Part shown: positions 55,592 through 64,000 of the stretch, in pieces | Layout: each line of letters starts with the position of its first letter | How positions within the stretch are numbered: the first letter of the stretch is position 1 | Assembly: GCA_004554165.1 (NCBI GenBank) | Contig: SFNQ01000015.1 | Coordinates: 3,375-67,374 of the forward strand | DNA length: 64,000 nucleotides | Reading direction: 5' to 3' | From: Clostridiales bacterium | GTDB taxonomy: Bacteria; Bacillota; Clostridia; Christensenellales; CAG-138 | Program-made: the position numbers and the translations under genes | The notes under the pieces: generated by a model | What the model was told of the DNA's origin: nothing | The model's input: only the letters and a program-made list of their open reading frames with translations | The model's database searches: none

Positions 55592-55923
55592 GCGTTTTGC
55601 CGGACGATTTTCCTCCTGCCAGCCTTGGGCGTCTCTGGCGGGCGGCAAAACCCATAAGGCGGGAAAACCAAAAATAAGGCATCCCTTTTGGCGGGCAAAC
55701 CGCTGCTCAAGCGGGCTGATAAAGCGGCAGGGATGACCGTGATTTGATCCGGGCGGGTCTTGCCGCCCAAATCGGAATCCCCAACTCTACGATATGAAGC
55801 GCCAGACCCATGAAACACAACAGGATTACGCCTATACGGGGAAAGCGAAACCAGATACGGCTGTGGTTGCTGAAGTATTTTGGGACGGAGAAGGTCGCAA
55901 AAACGAGAGAATTCCACATCCGG

Positions 55924-55955
55924 ATTATTGACCAATCGGTCAATAATGCTATAAT
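55924..55955 (+). promoter_or_regulatory. Promoter with a perfect inverted repeat, candidate TetR operator
   Basis: ATTATTGACC(55924-55933)-AATC-GGTCAATAAT(55938-55947). TTGACC(55928-55933)-N16-TATAAT(55950-55955). Confidence 0.6.
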
Positions 55956-55996
55956 GTTATTGCCCGCTTGACTTACCGTATTGGGGAGGGACGGCT

Positions 55997-56602
55997 TTGA
56001 AGAAGAGTGAAAAAACAGAAATCACCGTTGCCAGAATCCTTGCATCCGCCATGGAAGAATTCGGAAAACGCGGGTATGCCGGCGGAAGCGTGAACAACAT
56101 CTGCAAAGCCGGCATCAACAAAGGCCTGGTCTATCACAATTTCAGCGGCAAGGACGAGCTTTACCTGCGCTGCCTCGATGACAGCTGCCAAAAACTGATC
56201 GAGTATATCCGTGCGCACGGCGGAGCAACGGATCTGAACCGATATTTGACTGCGCGCATGGATTTCTTGAGCGCTTTCCCAAACGAGGCCCATATTTTCT
56301 TTGAGGCCCTGTTAAATCCTGCGCCGCATCTGGCAAATGAAATCGGGAAGGCGCTTGCGGCGTTGAACCGCCTGAATGAACAGGTTTACCTAGATACGCT
56401 GCGCAGGCTTACACTGCGGGATGGAGTCACAATAGACGAGGCAGTTTCCTATTTCCATCTGATGCAAACCATGCTGAACGGATATTTCGGCAGCCCCGCC
56501 TTCCAAAATCTCGTCTTGCAGGAAAAGGTAAAAAAGCACGAGAGCGCCATTCCAAAGCTGCTGGATTTGTTGCTTTACGGGATTGCGAAGGGAGAAGGAT
56601 AA
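55997..56602 (+). CDS. TetR/AcrR-family transcriptional regulator
   Basis: TTG start after GGGGAGGGA. HTH GSVNNICKAGINKGLVYHNFSGKDELY. Confidence 0.88.
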   Translation: MKKSEKTEITVARILASAMEEFGKRGYAGGSVNNICKAGINKGLVYHNFSGKDELYLRCLDDSCQKLIEYIRAHGGATDLNRYLTARMDFLSAFPNEAHIFFEALLNPAPHLANEIGKALAALNRLNEQVYLDTLRRLTLRDGVTIDEAVSYFHLMQTMLNGYFGSPAFQNLVLQEKVKKHESAIPKLLDLLLYGIAKGEG

Positions 56603-56605
56603 GCA

Positions 56606-57850
56606 ATGGAGCACCTGGTGCGCTGGATGGTCACCCTTGCCCTGGCCTTTGCTGCGGGAAAGGTGGTGGCAAAAATAAAAATGCCCGCCATATTGGGCTG
56701 GCTGATCGCCGGCATGCTGCTGGGCCCCCATGCCCTTGGGCTGATGCCGCAGGCGGTTCTGAGCGCCGGTTGGTATAAAACCCTTATTATGTGGATGCAA
56801 TGTGCCTTTGGCGTAATGCTTGGTACGGAGCTCATCTGGAGCAGGCTGAAAAACTACGGAAAGGCCCTGGTAATTACCACGCTGACGCAATCTCTCGGGA
56901 CATTTGCGGTGGTCAGTCTGGCGTTTGGTTTGATTTTTGCTTTTTTCGATGTTCCCGTTTCCCTTGCGTTTGTGTTTGGCAGCATTGCCCTTGCCACAGC
57001 CCCTGCTCCCGCGTTGTCCATTGTAAAGGAATTTCACGCAACGGGGCCGGTAACCGACACGCTCCTTCCCATGACGGTATTGGATGACGTTGTGGGAATT
57101 GCTGTCTTTTTTACCGTCAATGCATTGGTAGCGCGGCAGGTTTCGGGCGGGTCCGTGCCGCTCCATATGATTCCGGTCATGATTCTTCTGCCGGTGGTCA
57201 TCGGCGGCGCCATCGGGTTCCCAACCGGCCTGTTGCTGAAAAGATGCAGCGGGAGGGCGTCAACGCTTGCCGCTCTGCTCTGCGGAATTACAGCGACCAT
57301 GCTGGGCGGCTGGCTGTTCAATACCTTCCTGCTTACCGGGATTACGCTCAATTACATGCTGATGGGCGTTTCCTTTGCGGCAGTGTTTTCGAATCTTGTG
57401 GCGCCGGAACGCCTGAACGAGATCTCCGGCTGTTTTTCTCCAGTCCTGGGGCTCTCCCTGCTGGCCTCCATTGTGGATCTGGGCGCGCCCCTGAACTACC
57501 GTTTGATCCTCGGTGCGGGCGTATACACCTTTGTCTATATCCTGGCACGCGCTTTTGGAAAATACTTTGGGGCAATGTTCGGCGCAAAGATTACGCATAT
57601 GCCGGATACCGTGAGAAAATATCTCGGCTTAACGCTGCTTCCGCATTCCGGCGTGTCGCTGGTGTTTACCGGGATCATTTGCGCTACGCTGGCCTCCCGG
57701 CAGGAGCTTGTGCAAATTGTACAGGGGACGATCGCTGCCGCCGCTGTTATCAATGAGTTTATTGCGGTGATTGCTGCAAAGAAAGGATTTGAACTGGCAG
57801 GGGAACTAAAAAAACAGCCAGAAGAACGGACCCGGTTACCGGGCGCCTGA
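56606..57850 (+). CDS. Cation:proton antiporter (Na_H exchanger family)
   Basis: MPAILGWLIAGMLLGPHALG, polytopic, 414 aa. Starts 3 nt after the TetR stop. Confidence 0.88.
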   Translation: MEHLVRWMVTLALAFAAGKVVAKIKMPAILGWLIAGMLLGPHALGLMPQAVLSAGWYKTLIMWMQCAFGVMLGTELIWSRLKNYGKALVITTLTQSLGTFAVVSLAFGLIFAFFDVPVSLAFVFGSIALATAPAPALSIVKEFHATGPVTDTLLPMTVLDDVVGIAVFFTVNALVARQVSGGSVPLHMIPVMILLPVVIGGAIGFPTGLLLKRCSGRASTLAALLCGITATMLGGWLFNTFLLTGITLNYMLMGVSFAAVFSNLVAPERLNEISGCFSPVLGLSLLASIVDLGAPLNYRLILGAGVYTFVYILARAFGKYFGAMFGAKITHMPDTVRKYLGLTLLPHSGVSLVFTGIICATLASRQELVQIVQGTIAAAAVINEFIAVIAAKKGFELAGELKKQPEERTRLPGA

Positions 57851-58386
57851 AAATTCTGCTGTTGAAGCGGGATTTTTTTGCGCAGTTGTTCAGCGTATGC
57901 GTTTTGCGATCCCGTTTTTGTCATCCGGCAGACGTCCTGCAAACCGCGTCTGGCGGCTTCCCTGTTCCATGGAGACGGCGTCCCGGCAGCCCGAAACCCG
58001 CTTCGCAGCGCGCCTGCCGCAAAGCGGGGAAGCACGCCTTTGGGACGGCTGTACCGGCTGACCGGGAGCGTTCGACGCTGGAAACGGCTTTGGGCGCTTT
58101 CTTGTGAAAAGGGCGCTGGCGGCCGGCAGAATCGGAATGTCGGAACCCGTCCGCTCCGGCGGGTGCACATAAGGCGAAGCGGAGGGGCAGACCGGGGCGA
58201 TTCATGCCGCTGTTTTTTTGGCGTTCGACCCTGTGTGCGGAGAGGGAAGGGCAGCCATCCGCCGGGGGGGATGCAAAAGCGGGCTATCGCGGCCGGAGCA
58301 AAACCGGCGGACGCAGGCCTTTTTTTCGCAATGCCCCCTTGCCGTCCCGGCGGGACCCCCGCTTGCCTTTGGGAAAAAGCCGGAGA

Positions 58387-60156
58387 CTATTTTGCAAACT
58401 GACTGTTGTAGAGCGCCGCGTAGAAGCCGTCCTGCGCCATGAGCGCGTCGTGGCTGCCCTGCTCCACGATGTTGCCGTCGCGCATGACGAGGATGCGGTC
58501 CGCCTCGCGGATGGTGGAAAGCCGGTGCGCGACGATGAAACTGGTGCGGCCCTCCATCATGCGCGCAAAGGCGGACTGGATGCGCAGTTCCGTGCGGGTA
58601 TCGATGGAGCTTGTGGCCTCGTCGAGGATCAGCATGGGCGGCAGGCAGAGCATCACCCGGGCGATGCAGAGCAGCTGCTTCTGCCCCTGGCTGAGGGTGC
58701 CGCCATCCTCGGCGATGACGGTGTCATAGCCGTTTTTCAGCCGGCGGATGAAGCCGTGGGCATATGCGGCTTTTGCGGCGTCGATGATTTCCTCCTCCGT
58801 GGCGTCCGGTCTGCCGTAGGCAATGTTGTCGCGGACGGTGCCGGACATGAGAAAGGTATCCTGCAACACCATGCCGAAGCTCTTGCGCAGCGAGGCGCGG
58901 CTTACGCTGCGAATGTCGCGCCCGGCAACGCGGATTGTCCCGCCGGTAACGTCGTAGAAGCGCATGAGCAGGTTGATGAGCGTGGTTTTGCCGCAGCCGG
59001 TGGGGCCGACGATGGCGATGCGCTGGCCGGGCTCGACCCGAAGGTTCAGCCCCTCGATGAGCGGCCGGTCGGGGACATAGCGGAAGGAGACGTTTTCCAG
59101 CGAAACGCGGCCGTCGGCGTGGAGCACGGGGGCGTCCGCGGCGTCGGGCCTTTCCTCCGGCGCGTCCAGCAGCTCAAACAGGCGCGCGGCGCAGGCCAGC
59201 GCGTTTTGCAGCTCGGTCACAACGCCGGAAATCTCGTTAAAGGGCTTGGTATACTGGTTCGCATAGCTCAAAAACATGCTGAGCTGGCCTACCGTGATTC
59301 CGCCCGCCACGGCGTAGAGCGCGCCCACCAGCCCCACGCCCGCATATACGATGCCGTTGACAAAGCGCGTGGCGGGATTGGTCAGGCTGCTGAAAAAGAC
59401 GGCCTTGAGACTGGCCTTCTGCAAGCGGGCGTTGATGTCGTCAAAGCGTTCCAGCGTCTCCGCCTCCCGGCCAAAGGCCTGCACCACCTTCTGCCCCTCG
59501 ACCATCTCGTTGATAAAGGCGGTCTGCTGGCCGCGCACTGCGCTCTGCTCGCGAAAGTGGCGGTAGCTGCGCTTTGCGATAAAGCCTGCCACGACGAGGC
59601 TCAGCGGCGTGACCAGCACCACGACCAGCGCAATCGGCACGTTGACCGAGAGCATGAACAGGAGCGTTCCGAGAATTGTGAGAACGCCGGAGAACAGCTG
59701 CGTTACGCTCATCAGCAGCCCGTCGGAAAAGCTGTCCACATCCGCAATGATGCGGCTGACCAAATCGCCCGCCGGGTGCGTATCGAGATAGGAGAGCGGC
59801 AGACGCTGAATCTTTTCGATGGCGGCGTTTCTCAGGTCGCGGCTGACAAGATATGCGATGCGGTTGTTGCAGGCGCTGAGCAGCCATTGGGACAGCGCGG
59901 TGATCCCCGTTGCGGCGAGAATCAGCCCGAGGAGGCGCGCAAGGCCGTGAAAATCCACCATGCCCTTTCCGAGCATGCGGTCAATGCCCTCGCCGGTGAC
60001 GATGGGAACATAGAGCTGGGAGGCCACGGAGAGCGCGGCCAGAAGAACGCTGGCGACGAGGGCGGGCCAGTAGGGGCGGATGTGCCGGAGAACCCGGGCA
60101 AGCGTTTTTCGCTGCGCGTGCAGGCCCTCCCGCTTTGCGGTTGCGCGTGGCATCAT
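58387..60156 (-). CDS. ABC exporter, fused permease/ATPase (second subunit)
   Basis: 6 TM plus GPTGCGKTT, LSQGQKQ, LILDEATS. Confidence 0.93.
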   Translation of the reverse strand: MMPRATAKREGLHAQRKTLARVLRHIRPYWPALVASVLLAALSVASQLYVPIVTGEGIDRMLGKGMVDFHGLARLLGLILAATGITALSQWLLSACNNRIAYLVSRDLRNAAIEKIQRLPLSYLDTHPAGDLVSRIIADVDSFSDGLLMSVTQLFSGVLTILGTLLFMLSVNVPIALVVVLVTPLSLVVAGFIAKRSYRHFREQSAVRGQQTAFINEMVEGQKVVQAFGREAETLERFDDINARLQKASLKAVFFSSLTNPATRFVNGIVYAGVGLVGALYAVAGGITVGQLSMFLSYANQYTKPFNEISGVVTELQNALACAARLFELLDAPEERPDAADAPVLHADGRVSLENVSFRYVPDRPLIEGLNLRVEPGQRIAIVGPTGCGKTTLINLLMRFYDVTGGTIRVAGRDIRSVSRASLRKSFGMVLQDTFLMSGTVRDNIAYGRPDATEEEIIDAAKAAYAHGFIRRLKNGYDTVIAEDGGTLSQGQKQLLCIARVMLCLPPMLILDEATSSIDTRTELRIQSAFARMMEGRTSFIVAHRLSTIREADRILVMRDGNIVEQGSHDALMAQDGFYAALYNSQFAK

Positions 60157-61892
60157 GCCTCGCCTCCCCTCTGGAACTGGCTTTCGTGGATTTCCCGGTA
60201 TACGGCGCAGGTCTTCAGCAGCTCCCCATGGGTGCCGTTGCCCACGAGCTGGCCGTCGTCCAGCACGAGGATGCGGTCCGCCTGCATGAGGCTGGCCGTG
60301 CGCTGGCTGACGATGAATACCGTCATGTCGCCGGAAAGACCGGCGATCGCTTGCCGCAGGGCGGCGTCGGTGGCAAAGTCCAGCGCGCTGGCGCTGTCGT
60401 CGAGAATGAGAATGTCCGGCCGCCGTACCAGCGCGCGGGCAATGGCCAGCCGCTGCCGCTGACCGCCGGAGAGGTTGCGGCCGTTCTGCTCCACCATTTC
60501 GTCAAGCCCCCGTGGCTTGGCCTTGACAAACTCCGCCGCCTGCGCCGTGGAGAGCGCCTCCCAGAGGGCGGCGTCGTCCGCCGCAGCGTCGCCGTAGCGG
60601 AGGTTGTCGCGTATGGTGCCGGAGAAGAGCCGGGTCTTCTGCATAACAAGACCGATTCTGCTGCGAAGCGTCTGCCTGTCGTAGTCCGTCACAGGCTGGC
60701 CAAAGACCTCCACCGTACCGCTGCTTGCGTCGTAAAAGCGGGGAATCAGGCTCACAAGGCTGGTTTTTCCGCTGCCCGTGCCGCCGATGACGCCGATGGT
60801 TTCCCCGCGCCGGGCCAGAAAGCTGATGTCCGAGAGGCTTTCCGCGCCCGCGCCCGCATAGGTAAGGCAGACGTGGCTGAAACGGACGGCGATCTGCGCG
60901 CCGGGCGCCGCCGGGCGCGGGGCCCTGTTCTCTGCGGGGAACTGCATGCCTGCGGGCGCTGCCAGCACCGCCCCGATCCGCTTTGCGGAGGCCAGCGCCC
61001 GGGAGACCTGTATGATGAGGTTTGCCAGCTTCACCAGCTCGATGAGCACCTGCCCCATGTAGTTGACAAGCGCGATCAGGTCGCCCTGCCGGAGACTGCC
61101 CGCGTCGATGTTGACGGCGCCCGTTTGCAGAAGGGCGACGATGGCCAGATTGACGATGGCATAGGTCAGGGGATTCATGAGCGCGGACAGGCGGCCAACG
61201 CGAAGCTGCATCCGGGCAAGCCCGGCGTTTGCCTCGCGAAAGCGCTCCGTTTCCGCGGCCTCCTTATGGAAGGCGCGCACCACCCGGGCGCCGGAGAGGT
61301 TTTCCCGCGTGATCGAAAGGACGCGGTCAAGCCCCGTCTGCGCGCGCTGGTACATGGGCATGGTAAGGCGCATGATGCCAAAGACCACGACGGAGAGCAG
61401 CGGAATGGTAAGGGCGAAGATCAGCGCTGCGCGGCCGTCGATGAAAAAGGCCATGACGAGGCTGCCAAACACCACAAAGGGGCTCCGAAGAAACAGGCGG
61501 AGAAAAAGGTTCAGCCCGTTTTGCACCTGGTTGACGTCGCTGGTCATGCGGGTGATCAGCGTGCTGACGCCCAGCTGGTCGAGAGAGGAAAAGCTCAGCG
61601 ACTGGATATGGGAAAACAGCGCGCGCCGCAGGCTGGAGGCATAGCCCACCGCCGCCTTTGCGGAAAAATACTGGGCCGTCACGCTGCACAGCAGGCCGAC
61701 GCTGCCCAGCAGCACCAGCAGGCCGCAGCGCAGCAGGATATAGCGCGTATCGCCCGCTGCGATGCCGTGGTCGATGATATCCGCCATGACCAGCGGCACG
61801 AACAGGTCGAAGAGCGCCTCCAACATTTTGAACAGGGGCGCAATCACCGTCTCGCGGCGGTAACCGTCCAGATAACGCAGCATAGCCTTCAA
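60153..61892 (-). CDS. ABC exporter, fused permease/ATPase (first subunit)
   Basis: 6 TM plus GGTGSGKTS, LSGGQRQR, LILDDSAS. Stop overlaps the next start. Confidence 0.93.
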   Translation of the reverse strand: MKAMLRYLDGYRRETVIAPLFKMLEALFDLFVPLVMADIIDHGIAAGDTRYILLRCGLLVLLGSVGLLCSVTAQYFSAKAAVGYASSLRRALFSHIQSLSFSSLDQLGVSTLITRMTSDVNQVQNGLNLFLRLFLRSPFVVFGSLVMAFFIDGRAALIFALTIPLLSVVVFGIMRLTMPMYQRAQTGLDRVLSITRENLSGARVVRAFHKEAAETERFREANAGLARMQLRVGRLSALMNPLTYAIVNLAIVALLQTGAVNIDAGSLRQGDLIALVNYMGQVLIELVKLANLIIQVSRALASAKRIGAVLAAPAGMQFPAENRAPRPAAPGAQIAVRFSHVCLTYAGAGAESLSDISFLARRGETIGVIGGTGSGKTSLVSLIPRFYDASSGTVEVFGQPVTDYDRQTLRSRIGLVMQKTRLFSGTIRDNLRYGDAAADDAALWEALSTAQAAEFVKAKPRGLDEMVEQNGRNLSGGQRQRLAIARALVRRPDILILDDSASALDFATDAALRQAIAGLSGDMTVFIVSQRTASLMQADRILVLDDGQLVGNGTHGELLKTCAVYREIHESQFQRGGEA

Positions 61893-62014
61893 TAAAACCC
61901 GGTTCTCCTTCCTCTGATACGGAGAGTATCATACCACAGTTTTCCTCTCTTTACCATGCGGAATGAGCGGGAAGCCCGCAGGAGGGCGGAAAAGCGGACA
62001 AACTGCCCGTTTCC

Positions 62015-62043
62015 TTGACTTTTCTGCGTCGTTATGCTTATAT
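62015..62043 (+). promoter_or_regulatory. Candidate promoter of trkAH
   Basis: TTGACT(62015-62020)-N17-TTATAT(62038-62043). Confidence 0.45.
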
Positions 62044-62056
62044 ATTGTAGCAAGGA

Positions 62057-62110
62057 AGCGCGAAGGAGCGGCGGGGCTTTGCAGGCGCGCCGCAGTCGCT
62101 TTTTTGTTTT
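62057..62110 (+). terminator. Terminator-like hairpin inside the trkA leader, candidate attenuator
   Basis: AGCG(62057-62060)/CGCT(62097-62100) and GCGGCG(62068-62073)/CGCCGC(62088-62093), followed by TTTTTGTTTT. Confidence 0.45.
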
Positions 62111-62164
62111 CGCTCTGCGATGCGCCCGGCGCTTCCGGCAGGGCATCTCTTGGGGGAATACGAT

Positions 62165-63526
62165 ATGAAGATTGTCATTGCAGGCCTTGGCAAGGTGGGA
62201 AAGACGCTCACAAAGCAGCTGACGGCGGACCGGCACGACGTGGTCGTGATCGATACCAATCCGGAGGTGGTAGAGGGGATCGTCAACGTACACGATGTCA
62301 TGGGCGTTTGCGGCAACGGCGCAAATTACGACATTCAGGAGGAGGCGGTGGGCGAGGGGGCGGACCTGCTGATTGCCACCACCTCCAGCGACGAGATCAA
62401 CATCCTCGCGTGCCTTGTGGCCAAAAAGCTGGGCGTTGGTCATACCATCGCGCGGATTCGCAATCCCGAGTACGAAAAGCAGCTCCGCTTTATGCGCGAG
62501 GAGCTGGGGCTTTCCATGGTCATCAATCCGGAAAAGGCCGTTGCGCGCGAGATCTCCCGCATTCTGCGCTTTCCCAATGCGCTTAAGCTGGAATCCTTTT
62601 CCAAGCGCCGCATTGAACTGGTGGAATACCGCATCGGCGAGAACAACCCCCTGGATGGGATTCGCCTTGCCTCGCTGTACGGCAGCGTGAAGGCAAAGGT
62701 GCTCATCTGCGCCGTGGCGCGAGGGCAGGATATCTTCATCCCCTCGGGCGACTTTGCGCTGCGGCAGGGGGATAAAATCTACCTGACCTCCTCGCCCCAT
62801 GAGCTGGAGCGCTTTTTCCGCAATCTGGGGCTGTTCCGGGCCAGAGCCTCCAGCGTGATGATCGTCGGCGCCAGCAAGATCGCCTATTACCTTGCGCTGG
62901 AGCTGAGCGAAACCGGCATGCATCTCAAAATCATCGACAGCAGCGAGGAGCGCTGCCAGCAGATGAGCGAACGCCTGCCCCGGACGCTCGTTATCGCGGG
63001 GGACGGCACGGACAGCGACCTGCTCAACGAGGAGGGCATCAGCCAGATGGACGCCTTCGTGGCGCTGACGGGGCTGGATGAGACCAACATCATTCTTTCC
63101 ATGTACGCGACACGGCAGAGCGTCGGCAAGGTCGTCGCCAAGATCAACCGAAAATCCTTTGCGGACTTTGTGTCGTCCGAGAACATGGTGGATACGGTCT
63201 TTTCCGCCGGCGCGGTCACCTCGGAGATGATTCTCCAGTATATCCGCGCCATGCAGAACAGCCTGGGCTCAAAGATCAAGACGCTGCACCGCATCGTGGA
63301 CGAGCGGGTAGAGGCGCTGGAATTCGGCGTGACGGAGAACATCTCCTTTGTGGGCGTACCCTTCCGGGAGCTGAAGCTGCGGGACAACCTGCTGATTGCG
63401 GGCATCGTTCGCCGCAGCGGGCAGATCGTCATCCCGGGCGGAAACGATTCGCTCCGGGTTGGAGACGACGTCATCGTGGTTACGACGGACACCATGCTTC
63501 AGGACCTGAACGATATTATAAAATAA
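62165..63526 (+). CDS. trkA: Trk system potassium uptake protein TrkA
   Basis: Two Rossmann/RCK units, MKIVIAGLGKVGKT and VMIVGASKIAYY. Confidence 0.93.
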   Translation: MKIVIAGLGKVGKTLTKQLTADRHDVVVIDTNPEVVEGIVNVHDVMGVCGNGANYDIQEEAVGEGADLLIATTSSDEINILACLVAKKLGVGHTIARIRNPEYEKQLRFMREELGLSMVINPEKAVAREISRILRFPNALKLESFSKRRIELVEYRIGENNPLDGIRLASLYGSVKAKVLICAVARGQDIFIPSGDFALRQGDKIYLTSSPHELERFFRNLGLFRARASSVMIVGASKIAYYLALELSETGMHLKIIDSSEERCQQMSERLPRTLVIAGDGTDSDLLNEEGISQMDAFVALTGLDETNIILSMYATRQSVGKVVAKINRKSFADFVSSENMVDTVFSAGAVTSEMILQYIRAMQNSLGSKIKTLHRIVDERVEALEFGVTENISFVGVPFRELKLRDNLLIAGIVRRSGQIVIPGGNDSLRVGDDVIVVTTDTMLQDLNDIIK

Positions 63527-63553
63527 GAGAGGGCGCCCAGATTGAATTACCGG

Positions 63554-64000
63554 ATGATTGGTTTCGTGCTCGGACGCATCCTCCTTGCGGAAGCGGCGCT
63601 CATGCTGCTGCCGCTGCTTGTGACGCTCCTGTATGGGGAGAGCACGTTGCCTGCGTTTCTGCTGCCCATGGCGCTGCTGGTGCTTTCCGGCTGCGCGCTG
63701 GGAATAAAACCGCCCAAGGATACGACCATTTATGCGCGCGAGGGGCTGGCGGTGGTGGCGCTGTCCTGGATCGTCATGTCGCTCTTTGGCGCGCTGCCCT
63801 TCTATCTTTCCGGCGCGATCCCCAGCTTTATCGACAGCTTTTTTGAGACGGTTTCCGGCTTCACCACAACGGGCGCAAGCATTCTGACAGATGTTGAAAC
63901 CATGGAGCGCGGCCTGCTGTTCTGGCGCAGCTTTACGCACTGGGTCGGCGGCATGGGCGTGCTGGTGTTTGTCATGGCCATCCTGCCCATGACGGATGGA
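63554..64000 (+). CDS. trkH: TrkH-family potassium transporter, 3' end beyond the window
   Basis: Not in the ORF track because there is no stop. ATG 63554 (TTG 63542 in frame). [23 protein letters not shown]...[20 protein letters not shown]. Confidence 0.85.
   Translation, partial: MIGFVLGRILLAEAALMLLPLLVTLLYGESTLPAFLLPMALLVLSGCALGIKPPKDTTIYAREGLAVVALSWIVMSLFGALPFYLSGAIPSFIDSFFETVSGFTTTGASILTDVETMERGLLFWRSFTHWVGGMGVLVFVMAILPMTDG

Noticed and set aside
58204-61895. 752-aa and 586-aa plus-strand ORFs
   Set aside because: They are antisense to the two ABC exporter genes, which have clear Walker and signature motifs.

Overview
High-G+C Firmicutes/Clostridia-like chromosome segment. The taxonomic guess comes from gene content only. 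It is densely coded and mostly housekeeping. Bases 1 to about 6.9 kb are a visibly AT-richer integrated mobile element: two large serine recombinases, two XRE regulators, a RecA-like AAA ATPase, three tandem small paralogous ORFs and a 22-bp-periodic iteron-like array. The core genes follow. These are mrp and a complete F-type ATP synthase operon (atpIBEFHAGDC order, minus strand, with a very short delta). Next come a LeuA/NifV/Re-citrate-synthase-family gene, an EamA transporter, an Fe-ADH and an MBL hydrolase, then LUD-citC-citXG, a membrane-anchored MerR, mutY, a TIGR01440 protein and a zinc-ribbon gene behind a long structured leader. Further on are two PNPOx-family genes, an E2-like acyltransferase, galK, clpB, thiI plus a cysteine desulfurase, a large zinc-ribbon surface protein, an HD hydrolase and an orphan radical SAM enzyme. 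The rest comprises ybaK, gltS, plsC-like, an ECF sigma/anti-sigma pair, an MsmX-like ABC ATPase, nrdAB, a MATE pump, TetR plus a cation antiporter, two ABC exporters and trkAH. I saw no rRNA, tRNA or CRISPR array. The most interesting signals are: (1) a serine recombinase whose zinc-ribbon domain is replaced by a module that recurs as three downstream stand-alone paralogs, right next to the iteron array; (2) an unassigned structured RNA leader of about 220 nt with its own promoter; (3) two families of hairpin-rich intergenic repeats, a 166-bp unit in three copies and a roughly 110-bp MITE-like element with 9-10-bp terminal inverted repeats in three copies. The ORF track renders alternative starts (TTG/GTG) as M, and many long ORFs are antisense artefacts of the high G+C. 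All homology calls come from reading motifs by eye, with no searches run.
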